From an uncultured Opitutaceae bacterium (lineage in GTDB: Bacteria > Verrucomicrobiota > Verrucomicrobiia > Opitutales > Opitutaceae): a DNA stretch of 43,886 bases. Below, piece by piece: positions 1 through 8,500 of the stretch (positions within the stretch are counted from its first letter, which is position 1; the number at the start of each line of letters is the position of its first letter). A program made the position numbers and the translations under genes. The stretch is from assembly GCA_964551145.1 (NCBI GenBank), contig CAZKDK010000002.1:1-43886 (forward strand). Reading direction: 5' to 3'. Below the pieces are notes generated by a model. That model was given only the letters and a program-made list of their open reading frames with translations, searched no databases and was not told the DNA's origin.

Positions 1-670
1 TATTGATCCAATAGGCAAAGATTCCCTGGTCGGGCCGGCCGAACTGGCCCGCGCCGGCGAGCACGCCGCAGCGGTTGATGAAGACCGGCAGGCCGAACGC
101 CTCGCCGTATTCGAGCGCGAGCGCCTCGGAGGCGAGCTTGGTCGCGCCATAGAGAGAGACGGGCGGCAGCGTCGAGAACGACTCGTCGAGGCCGGCCGGG
201 CCCACTCCCGGCGGGAGCTGGGCCGAAGGAGCGAGGACAAAGCCCGCGTTCTCAACCACGACGGGGAGCGCGGCGATGGGGGCGATCGAGTAGACGCGGC
301 TCGTGCTCAGCAGGACGAACCCGGCATGGCGCGCCTTGCAGTACTCGAGCATGTTCACCGTGCCGCCGAGGTTGTGCTCCACCAGCTGCCGGCTGCTGGT
401 GCGGCCGTCGACGCCCGCGAGGACGCTGGCATTGGCGGCCGCGTCGATCACCCAGTCGGCGTCGGGCAGCGCGTCGAGGTCGCTCGCGGCCCGCAGATCG
501 CCGTGAAACAGCTTCACTCCGGCCTTCCGCAGGCCCTCGCGGTTGGCCTCGCTGCCGGGGCGGATGAAGTTGTCGAAACCGAGAACCTGGCGACCCTGGC
601 CCGATTCAACCAAGGCGCGGGCGATGGTGCTGCCGACGAAGCCGCACACGCCGGAGATCAGGATCCTCAT
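1..670 (-). CDS. NAD-dependent epimerase/dehydratase (extended SDR, CDP-paratose/tyvelose 2-epimerase-like); the C-terminal part lies outside the window
   Basis: Own translation of the minus strand from the ATG at 670-668 gives MRILISGVCGFVGSTIARALVESGQ... It has a Rossmann GxxGxxG (GVCGFVGS), LLSTSRVY and a canonical YGATK (YxxxK). It is absent from the ORF track because it runs off the window edge. Confidence 0.85.
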   Translation of the reverse strand, partial: MRILISGVCGFVGSTIARALVESGQGRQVLGFDNFIRPGSEANREGLRKAGVKLFHGDLRAASDLDALPDADWVIDAAANASVLAGVDGRTSSRQLVEHNLGGTVNMLEYCKARHAGFVLLSTSRVYSIAPIAALPVVVENAGFVLAPSAQLPPGVGPAGLDESFSTLPPVSLYGATKLASEALALEYGEAFGLPVFINRCGVLAGAGQFGRPDQGIFAYWIN

Positions 671-799
671 GGGTGGCCAGCAAAGCAGGAAGGGTGCTTT
701 AGGAAAAGCGGGAAGTTTCCCGCGCCGCGCGGGAAGACACGCCGTTTGTGGCACTTTCGCGCGGTGATCCGCCCGGGCCAACGGCCGTCGCCGCGGGCG

Positions 800-833
800 A
801 ATCCGGGATGTCATCCATTAGATGACAATCGGG
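800..833. repeat. AT-rich palindromic repeat, copy 1 (core TGTCATC-catta-GATGACA at 809-827)
   Basis: Read directly: aatccgggaTGTCATCcattaGATGACAatcggg, with 7-bp perfect inverted arms. A near-identical ~33-nt copy sits at 968-1000 and a lone half-site TGTCATCC at 867-874. Copy 1 lies ~130-160 nt upstream of the epimerase ATG (670). Confidence 0.6.
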
Positions 834-967
834 TGGGGGGCGGGAAACGGGGGTTCGCGACGGAGATGTCATCCAACCCTGCACCGCGACGCTCGCCGTC
901 TCGGGCGGGGGCGGGCGGGGGTGTCGTCGGTCGGACGACCAGGCGCCCGGGCGGGCCACCGTGGATC

Positions 968-1000
968 AATCCGGGTTGTCATCTATTAAATGACAACGGG
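968..1000. repeat. AT-rich palindromic repeat, copy 2 (core TTGTCAT-ctattaa-ATGACAA at 976-996); overlaps the stop codon of the NHL/RCC1 gene
   Basis: Read directly: aatccgggTTGTCATctattaaATGACAAcggg. The flanks (aatccggg ... cggg) are shared with copy 1. The minus-strand TGA stop is at 981-979, inside the left arm. Confidence 0.6.
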
Positions 1001-4000
1001 GCCGGGGCGGCTGCGGTTGGCCCGGAGGCGGAGCAACGGCGTGCCTCCCGCGCGCGTGCCAGGGCCAGCATGAGCATTGCGGCGAGGAACCAGAGGCTCG
1101 GTGCTCCGCCGCCTCCGGAGCCGCCGCTGCCGGCCGACGGAGGTGGCGTCGCGGCGGTGTTTACCGTGAGCGTGGCGGCGTTGCTCGTCACGCTTCCGGT
1201 GGCGTTTGTCACGGTGATGGTGTAGCTGCCGGCGTTCGCGGACTGGACGTTGGTCATGCTTAGCGTGCTGCTGGTGGCTCCGCTGACGGCCGAGCCGTTG
1301 AAGTTCCATTGAAAAGTGGGCGCGGGCTGGCCTGTGACCGAGACCGAGAAGGTCACGTTAGCCCCGGCCGTGACCGCCTGGCTTTGGGGCTGCGCGGTGA
1401 TAGTCGGGGCGGCAGCGAGATCGGCCGCGCGGATCGTGTTGTCGTCCGTGTCGGCTATGAAGAGACGGCCGCCGGCGCCGATTGACACCGCCGTGGGATG
1501 GTTGAACGTCGCGGTCGAACCGACGCCGTCGAGGCCGGAGCCAAGCTTCCCGGCGCGGCCGGCGGCGGTGCTGACCGCGCCCGCGGGAGTTATTTCGCGA
1601 AGCGCGTTGTTGTCGGTGTCGGCGACGAAGAGGTTTGCGCTCCGATCGACCGCGACGCCGGATGGATAGCGGAACCGCGCGCGGGCGGCGGGGCCGTCAC
1701 CATAGCCCGGTTGACCGGCCTGGCCGGCGATGGTGGTCACGGTCCCCGTCGCGAGGACGATGCGACGGATGGTGCTGTTGTTGGTGTCGGCCACGTAGAG
1801 GCCGCCCAAAGCGTCGATGGCCAGAGCTTGGGGCCCGAAGAAACGGGCGGCGGAGCCCGTGCCGTCATCGGATCCCCAACTTCCGGCCCGACCGGCCAGG
1901 GTCGTGACGAGGCCAGCGGGCGAAATCCGTCGGATCACATGGTTCAGGGTGTCCGCAACGTAGACATCGCCATCTCCACCGACGACGACGCCCGAGGGCC
2001 CGTTGAAGCGGGCGGCGCCGGTCGCGCCGTCAGCCGAGCCGGCGAGTCCGGGTTGTCCCGCCAGGGTGGTCACGGCTCCGGCGGGCGTGATCCTGCGGAG
2101 GGTGTCGTTCTCCGTGTCGGCGACATATACGTTGCCGCTGCCGTCCACGGCCACTCCCGCCGGGTGATTGAAGCGGGCGGCGGCGCCGGCGCCGTCCGCG
2201 CTGCCGTTGGCGCCGGCCAGGCCGGCGAGGGTGGTCACGGCGCCGGCGGAAGTGATCTTCCGGATGACATGGTTGCTGGTATCGGCGACGTAGACGTTCC
2301 CCGCGGCGTCCGCGGCGACGTCGGCCGGAGCGTTGAAACGCGCAGCGCTGCCCGTGCCGTCAGTGCTGCCGCGGAGCAAATCCTGTCCCGCCAGAGTGAC
2401 GACGGCGAGCTGTCCGCCGTTCACGACCGAAAGTATGGCCGGCTCGGAGGTCACGAGGCCGTTCACATTCGTGATGACGCAGCGGAACGAATCGCCGTCC
2501 GCTGCGGAGGCGGTGTTGATCGTGATGCTCGGGCCGGCCGAGCCATCGATCGTGCCGTTGGCGATCGCGTCGTCGCGAAGGTCGACCCAGGCCGCGGAGT
2601 CTCGTGTCCGACGCTGCCAGTGGCAGACGGCCGGCGAAGTCGAATCGAAAGCCACGTAGAAGGTCGCGCTCTGGCCGGTCGTCACGGTCTGATCCGCCGG
2701 CTGCGCGGTGATTGACGGCAGGGTTCCGTCGATCGAATCGTCCACGACGAAGAGACTGTGCTGGAAGCCGGCCGCGACGGTCCGCACGTGATCGGCGATT
2801 TGGATGGGGACGAGCTGCGCGGCGGTGGTGCCGTCGCCCAGTTGCCCGTAGTGATTGTCGCCCATGGCCCAAAGGGTGCCGTCGGTCTTGATGAACAGCG
2901 TGTGGTGCTGCCCGGTGGATACGGATCGGACGCCGGTGGCGATCCGGATCGGCGTGGTCACGTCGCCGTACATGCCGCCGAGTTCACCCGAAGCGCTTTC
3001 CCCCATGCCCCAGAGCGTGCCGTCCGTCTTGACGAACAGGCTGACGTGGTAGCCGGCGGCCACCTGCCACACGTCCGCGGCGATCGGCACCGGCGTCGCG
3101 CGATCAGCCCCCGTGCCATCGCCCAGTTGTCCCAGGCGGTTGTAACCCATGCCCCAGAGCGTGCCGTCCGTCTTGATGAACAGGCTGTGCTCGCCGCCCG
3201 CCGCCATGGCGCGGACGCCGCTGGCGATCTGCACAGGCGCGGTGACGATGGAGCCAGCAGCAGCCCCAAGCTGGCCGTAGCCGTTGTAGCCCATACCCCA
3301 GAGCGTGCCATCACTGGCCAGGAACAGGGTGTGGTCCGCGCCCGCGGCCACTGCCTGGATGCTGGAAAAGGGGTCGGAGGTCCGGTTGATCAACACCGGC
3401 GAGGCGCGGTCGGTCGTGGTGCCATCGCCCAACTGACCGTAGTTGTTGCGCCCCGAGGTCCGGAGCGACCCGCCTTGCCAGAGGAAGAGGCTGTGGCTGG
3501 CGCCCCCGGCGGCGGCAACGCCGTAGTCCGAAACGCGCGTAAACGTGTTTCGCGCAACCGTGGTGCCGTCGCCCAGTTGCCCGTAGGCGTTGGCGCCCGC
3601 AGTCGAGAAGGTGCCGTCATCCGTCACCAGCAGGCTGTGGCTCTGGCCTGCGGCCACGCCCCTGACTCCCGCGCGGATCGCGACCGGCGTGGCGCGATCG
3701 GTCATGCTGCCATCACCCAGCTCGCCGTCGGCATTGTTCCCGGCGGCCCAAAGCACATTCGCGGAAGCGTCCGGAGGCACCCCTTTGCGGATCGTGTTGT
3801 TCAGCGTGTCGGCCACGTAGATGGTGCCGGCCGCATCCACCGCGATGCCGCTCGGAAAGCGAAAAGAGGCGGCGTATCCCAGGCCGTCGGAATTGCCCTG
3901 ACCGCCGGCGGCGAGACTGCCGGCCAGCCGCGCCTGGGATCCCCCGCGCGCGATTCTATCGATTGTGCTGTAGACGCTGACGGCCATATAGACACCGCCG

Positions 4001-4848
4001 GCGGCGTCGACCGCGAGACCGGCAGGATACGCCCCGACCTCGGCGAGGGTCGTCACCTCGCCGCCGGGAGTGACCTTCCGGATTGCGCCGACGGAACCGC
4101 TGTGCGACTGGCCGATGTAGATATTGCCCGCGGCGTCAACGGCCAGGCCGGCGGGGCGGGTGAACCGGGCGGCGCTGCCCACGCCGTCGGTATCCCCGAA
4201 GGACCCCGGCAATCCGGCGACGGTGGTCACCGCGCCGCCGGGCGTGATCCTCCGGATCGTGTCGTTGTCCGTATCGGCGACATAGACGCTGCCGGTGGAG
4301 TCGACCGCCACGCCCTGGGGACCGTTGAACCGCGCGTCGGCGCCCGTGCCATCGGCGCTGCCGGAGTTTCCCGCCGACCCGGCCACGGTGGAAACCGTGC
4401 CGTCGGGGGCAATCTTCCGGATCGTGTGGTTCGCCGTGTCGGCCACGTAGATTGTACCAGAACCGTCGATGGCCACCGCTCCGGGCTGGTTGAATCGGGC
4501 GGCGCTGCCGACTCCGTCGGCGCTGCCCTCGGCGCCGGCGATCCCGGCGATGGTCGTCACCGCGCCGTCCGGCGCGATCTTTCGGATCGTCGCGTTGCCA
4601 GTGTCGGCGACGTAGAGATTGCCGGCGGCGTCGATGGCCAGCCCGCCGGGAGCGGAGAACCGCGCGCGACTGCGAATCCCGTCGGCGCTGCCGGGACTCG
4701 CCGCACCGGCAAAGGTGGTGATGGTGTAGGGGAGGTAGTTTCCCTGGCCGAACGCCAGCGCGGGCAACAGGGCCAGTCCGAAAAAGAGTGGGACCGACCC
4801 GCGAAGCGTGACCACGTGCGAAGTCGCGGACAACAGGGCGCTTTTCAT
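979..4848 (-). CDS. Giant secreted repeat protein (1289 aa): signal peptide, NHL block, RCC1 block, Ig-like, second NHL block, Ig-like, Gly/Ser linker, PEP-CTERM-like hydrophobic + Arg tail
   Basis: Start is the ATG at 4848-4846 (MKSALLSATSHVVTLRGSVPLFFGLALLPALAFGQ, a signal peptide). The 208 codons upstream in ORF 979..5472 are Arg/Pro junk. NHL-type units (YVADTxNxTIRKIxPxGxVTTxAG..GSADGxGxxARFNxPxGVAVD) span aa ~45-355 and ~815-1143. RCC1-type units (YGQLGDGT..VAAGxxHSLF..DGTLWxMG) span aa ~365-705. Ig-like segments span aa ~711-808 and ~1147-1229 (QPAPTFQWNFNG..AGSYTITVTN). The tail is GGGGAPSLWFLAAMLMLALARAREARR. Confidence 0.9.
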   Translation of the reverse strand: MKSALLSATSHVVTLRGSVPLFFGLALLPALAFGQGNYLPYTITTFAGAASPGSADGIRSRARFSAPGGLAIDAAGNLYVADTGNATIRKIAPDGAVTTIAGIAGAEGSADGVGSAARFNQPGAVAIDGSGTIYVADTANHTIRKIAPDGTVSTVAGSAGNSGSADGTGADARFNGPQGVAVDSTGSVYVADTDNDTIRRITPGGAVTTVAGLPGSFGDTDGVGSAARFTRPAGLAVDAAGNIYIGQSHSGSVGAIRKVTPGGEVTTLAEVGAYPAGLAVDAAGGVYMAVSVYSTIDRIARGGSQARLAGSLAAGGQGNSDGLGYAASFRFPSGIAVDAAGTIYVADTLNNTIRKGVPPDASANVLWAAGNNADGELGDGSMTDRATPVAIRAGVRGVAAGQSHSLLVTDDGTFSTAGANAYGQLGDGTTVARNTFTRVSDYGVAAAGGASHSLFLWQGGSLRTSGRNNYGQLGDGTTTDRASPVLINRTSDPFSSIQAVAAGADHTLFLASDGTLWGMGYNGYGQLGAAAGSIVTAPVQIASGVRAMAAGGEHSLFIKTDGTLWGMGYNRLGQLGDGTGADRATPVPIAADVWQVAAGYHVSLFVKTDGTLWGMGESASGELGGMYGDVTTPIRIATGVRSVSTGQHHTLFIKTDGTLWAMGDNHYGQLGDGTTAAQLVPIQIADHVRTVAAGFQHSLFVVDDSIDGTLPSITAQPADQTVTTGQSATFYVAFDSTSPAVCHWQRRTRDSAAWVDLRDDAIANGTIDGSAGPSITINTASAADGDSFRCVITNVNGLVTSEPAILSVVNGGQLAVVTLAGQDLLRGSTDGTGSAARFNAPADVAADAAGNVYVADTSNHVIRKITSAGAVTTLAGLAGANGSADGAGAAARFNHPAGVAVDGSGNVYVADTENDTLRRITPAGAVTTLAGQPGLAGSADGATGAARFNGPSGVVVGGDGDVYVADTLNHVIRRISPAGLVTTLAGRAGSWGSDDGTGSAARFFGPQALAIDALGGLYVADTNNSTIRRIVLATGTVTTIAGQAGQPGYGDGPAARARFRYPSGVAVDRSANLFVADTDNNALREITPAGAVSTAAGRAGKLGSGLDGVGSTATFNHPTAVSIGAGGRLFIADTDDNTIRAADLAAAPTITAQPQSQAVTAGANVTFSVSVTGQPAPTFQWNFNGSAVSGATSSTLSMTNVQSANAGSYTITVTNATGSVTSNAATLTVNTAATPPPSAGSGGSGGGGAPSLWFLAAMLMLALARAREARRCSASGPTAAAPAPLSFNR

Positions 4849-4898
4849 GGGAGGCAAGCCTGCCGTTGCCGGGCCGGATGAGTTCCGGCCGGGGCGGC

Positions 4899-5345
4899 CT
4901 AGGCTGGGGTATCTGGATGGGGAGTGGCCGAACGCGGACCGGAGTGGAGCCGGGGCTCGAGGAAGCGGGTGACGTCGGCGATCGTGCGGAGCCGGGCGAG
5001 GTCCTCCGAGTCGATCGACACGCGGAAAATCTCCTCGGCCAGGCTCACGATTTCGAGCATGGTGAGTGAGTCGACGCCGAGGTCCTCGATGAGGCGCAGG
5101 TCGTCGCCCGGCAGGCGGAGCCTGGCGCGCAGCGACGGCGCGACGAATCGTTCGACGATGCCGCGGACGACGACCGGGAGGTAGCCGGGGTCGCCGGTCG
5201 CGCGCAGGCGGCAGGCGGCCTCGTAGGTGGCCGGCGAGCAGCGCTTGAGCAGTTCGCGCAGCGCGGGATCGCCGCCGAACGCGGCGGGCTTCGCGGGATG
5301 CGGGAAGTGCTGGCGGGCGGGTGCGCCCAGGTCGGCGACGGACAT
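4899..5345 (-). CDS. Acyl/peptidyl carrier protein-like (phosphopantetheine attachment motif) with a ~60-aa N-terminal extension
   Basis: Start is the ATG at 5345-5343 (MSVADLG...); the track start at 5372 is a TTG. The carrier core is IVERFVAPSLRARLRLPGDDLRLIEDLGVDSLTMLEIVSLAEEIFRVSIDSEDLARLRTIADVTRFLE, containing the D-S-L phosphopantetheinylation motif (GVDSLTMLE). Confidence 0.7.
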   Translation of the reverse strand: MSVADLGAPARQHFPHPAKPAAFGGDPALRELLKRCSPATYEAACRLRATGDPGYLPVVVRGIVERFVAPSLRARLRLPGDDLRLIEDLGVDSLTMLEIVSLAEEIFRVSIDSEDLARLRTIADVTRFLEPRLHSGPRSATPHPDTPA

Positions 5346-5449
5346 GGCGGGGTGGTTCCATGGATACGACAACCCGGCGGGTGATACCCGCTATCAGGAT
5401 CGGGGCGATGGATCGGGTTTTGACCCGGCGGTCGGCGGATCGCCGATTC

Positions 5450-5524
5450 GGCGGGCGTAAAGCCCGCCCCACCGTTCAATCCGACGGCGAATGTTCGGAT
5501 GGTTGGGCGGGCTTCATACCCGCC
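5450..5524 (-). other. Cluster of four GC-rich complementary segments able to form alternative stem-loops, between the TonB-receptor stop and the carrier-protein gene
   Basis: Plus-strand segments are GGCGGGC (5450-5456), GCCCGCC (5462-5468), GGGCGGGC (5505-5512) and CCCGCC (5519-5524). Segments 1:2 and 3:4 form short hairpins, or 2:3 pair at long range. No clean U-tract follows either hairpin. Confidence 0.35.
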
Positions 5525-5542
5525 ACTTCGGGAATCCGACAA

Positions 5543-8500
5543 TCAGAACGTCGCGGTCAGCGACACCGCGTACGTCCGCCCGCGCCAGTCGCCGTAGGGC
5601 TGGACCCCGGCGCCGGACGGATCGTTGGCGTACTTCGGGAAATCGGGACCGAAGAGGTTGTTGACGCGCAGCTGCGCCAGCAGGCCGACGCGGGAGCTTT
5701 TCCATGGCAGCCACCGGCCGAGTTCGGCCTGGAGGTACGCGTCGAACTGCCAGGAGGAATCGATGCGGTGGCCGCCCTGGCCGGCCCATTCGATCGCCGG
5801 CAGGATGCGTGAGTCGAAGTAACGGCCGTCGATGCCGAAGCCAAGGTGGCGGTTGTTCCAGCCCGCGCCGAAGTTTGCCCGCGCCCGCAGCAGGCCGCCC
5901 ACGGCGCCGTCGGGATGGAGCAGTTCGTCGACCTCCGGCGAATCCTCGTACACCTGGCGGCGGAACTGCTGGAACCACACGAGCCGCCCGTAGAGCTCGA
6001 GCGTGCCCCCGGCGCATTGCGTCCAGGCATAGTCGAACGACGCGTTCCAGTTCTGGGAGCGGCGCCAGGCCATGTTGACGGTGCCGGTGAGGACGGAGGT
6101 CACGTAGCCCGCGCGGTGCGGGTCTCCCGGGGCAAGGGGCGCGCGCACGACGCGGCCGGGCAGGACCGTCTCGAGGTCCATGACCGCTCCGGGATCCAGG
6201 TAGACGAGTTCATTGACCTTGCGCGTGTCGACGAAATCAACGGCGGCGCGCACGCGGTGGATCTCGCCGCGCTGGAATAGCAGGCCCGCGGTCTGGGTGA
6301 GGGCCGATTCCGGCTCCAGGGTGGGAGCGATGTCGGTCGGCGCCAGCACGTCGTAGCTCTGGCCGCGGATCGGATCGTTGATGAAGGCATGATCGACGCC
6401 GGTGCCGGTGCCCGGCTGGCCGAGCTTGCGGCTCAGGTACGGGTTGGGGTAGCGGCTGGAGGTCGTAACGCTGCCGCGGAAAGAGAAGCCGTCCGGGAAC
6501 GCGATCTTCAGTCCCCAGGTGGGTGCGAAGTACGCCTCCCGCGCGGTGTCCGCCGCCACGTAGCGAAGCGCGAGGTCAGTATCCACGCCGCGGATCCAAG
6601 ACGGCAGCCAATGGACGGGCAGAAGCGGCGCCTGGAGTTCACCGAAGACGCTGTAGCGCTGGAGGGTGCGGCCGGTCCACTCGTCGGGAGGCGCGGCCAG
6701 CGACCCGTCGCCGAAGCGCCGTACGTCCGTGAAACCGGCCATGTGGCCGCGCCGGTAGTCGCCGCCGAGGTTCACCGTGCCGAGGCCGGTGGGCAGACGC
6801 AGCGATCCGTTGGTGACGCGCAGCGCGGCATCCTCGGTGTCGTAGTCGCTGAGCGTGACGAAACGCCCGCGCCCGCCGTAGTAAACGAGCACGCGGTCGT
6901 AGAACGCCGGCGGCGGGCCGAAGGCCTGCGTGTCGCGCAGCGGGTTGTAGAGGCCGTCATCGACGAGCTGCTGCCACCGGCCGGCATCGGGCTGCGCGAG
7001 GCCGCGGTACCGGGCGATGTTGCGGGCGTACTGGGTGTCGAGCGACACCCGCCAGTCGCCGGGGAGACGGACGAGGAAGCCGAGCATGCTGGAATAGGAG
7101 TCCAGGCGCGCCTCGCTGAAATCCTCGCCGAGGAGCGGGGCGGTCTCGTTGAGCGAGACCCTGACGTCCTGTCCGAAGGGATTGAGCGGCGAGCCGGCCC
7201 GCAGGGTCAGGTCGGCGGTCATCACGTCGTAGCCGCGGTTGACCACCGTCCGGGCGAAGATGGTGTCGAAGCCGACCTGCAGCCAAGGAAGGGGGTCGTA
7301 GACCGCCGAGAGGTAATACGCGCTGCGCCGCTGCTCCCGGCCATAGGGAAACTCGCGGCTGGCGGTCGAGGCCGCCATCCCGCCCGGCGCATCGAACAGG
7401 TCCAGGTTGCGCACGCCCGCGCGGCCGGCAAAGGCGGTGAGGCCGCCGGTGCCGTCCGCGCCCGGCGCCACGGAGGTCGCCGTGGGCGAACCGGCGCCGA
7501 AGAGCGGCGCGCCGTCGGCGCTGCGGACGTTCGGGGTGGCCGCGTAGATCGGGTCCCCGTTCCCGGCTGAGGTCGACACCCGGCCGTGATGATAGTCCAG
7601 TTCTGCCTCGGTGGGCGGCAGCGTCCGGCTGAAATTCGCGTTCAGGCGCAGGTGGAGCTTGCCGCCGAGCAGGGAGCGGCCGTGCAGGAGCGACAGGGAC
7701 ATCTGGGGCGCGTCGTAGCCGGCGAGCGCGTTCGTGTAGGCGGTCGTCACCTCGGTGGCATCGGCGTCCGGGCGCAGCACGATGTTGATGACGCCGCCGA
7801 CGGCGTTGCCGCTGTAGAGGGCGGAGGCGGACACCGGCAGCACCTCGACCTGCTGCACCAGGCTGAGGGGGATGAGGTTGACGTCCGGACCGAGGATGCG
7901 CGCGTCCCCGAGCGGGTTCGTAAGGACCTCCGGCAGGCGCCGGCCGTTGACCAGCACCACGGTCTCGTCCAAGCCGTAGCCCCGCATGCTGAGGTTCAGG
8001 CTGCCGGCCACGAAACTGGGCATGGTGGCGTCCTGGTCGGGCGGCCGCGCGGCCGCGTCGGCGTCGAGCAGTTCGCGCTGGAGGAATTCGTTGAGGTTGA
8101 TCACGCCGCTGCGGGTGATCTGGTTGCGGTCGTAGATCGTGAAGGGCAGGGCGTCGTCCTCGGTGCGCGGCAGGTCGAGATTGCCGGCGGCCGTGGGCGG
8201 CGCGAGGAAGGCCTGGCTGTGGCCGTAGGTCCGCAGCGGCTCGCCCTGCACGATGTAGGGGGCGAGGCGGACAAGTCCGGTGGCGGCCTGCAGCGTTTGG
8301 GGCGGGAGGTCCAGCGTCCGCCCCGTCTCGACCCGTACGCTGGGCAGTTGCAGTGGCTGGAACCCCGGACCCGCGGCGATCAGCCGGTAGGTCCCGGGAG
8401 GGACGGCGGTAAAGGCGAAGTCACCGCGGGCGTCGGTGGTCGTCGCGTAGCGCTCGCCGGCAATGATGACGCGCACGCCCCGGGCGGCGGTGCCGTCCTC

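Noticed and set aside
717-735. GC-rich hairpin ttcccgcg-ccg-cgcgggaa, considered as a terminator for the exoprotein gene
   Set aside because: It has a 3-nt loop. The T-run on the minus strand is ~10 nt away rather than adjacent. It lies within the probable 5' leader of the epimerase gene. The evidence for a terminator call is insufficient.
326-1225. Plus-strand ORF 326..1225 (299 aa) containing the repeated peptide NPGCH(P/L)L(D/N)DN
   Set aside because: The repeated peptide is just the translation of the intergenic palindromic DNA repeat. The ORF is antisense to the epimerase and to the exoprotein 3' end and spans an intergenic region.
2758-4881. Plus-strand ORFs 2758..4881 (707 aa) and 1498..2715 (405 aa)
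   Set aside because: They are antisense to the NHL/RCC1 repeat gene. The periodic look of their translation only mirrors the repeats on the coding strand.
4849-5472. N-terminal 208-codon extension of ORF 979..5472, and similar extensions of ORFs 10778..12100, 13944..16430, 19157..21991, 32117..35581 and 38623..42927
   Set aside because: The extensions are Arg/Pro-rich and overlap neighbouring real genes in other frames. Each is followed by an internal ATG that opens a signal peptide, TM helix or paralog-conserved N-terminus, so the internal ATGs were used.
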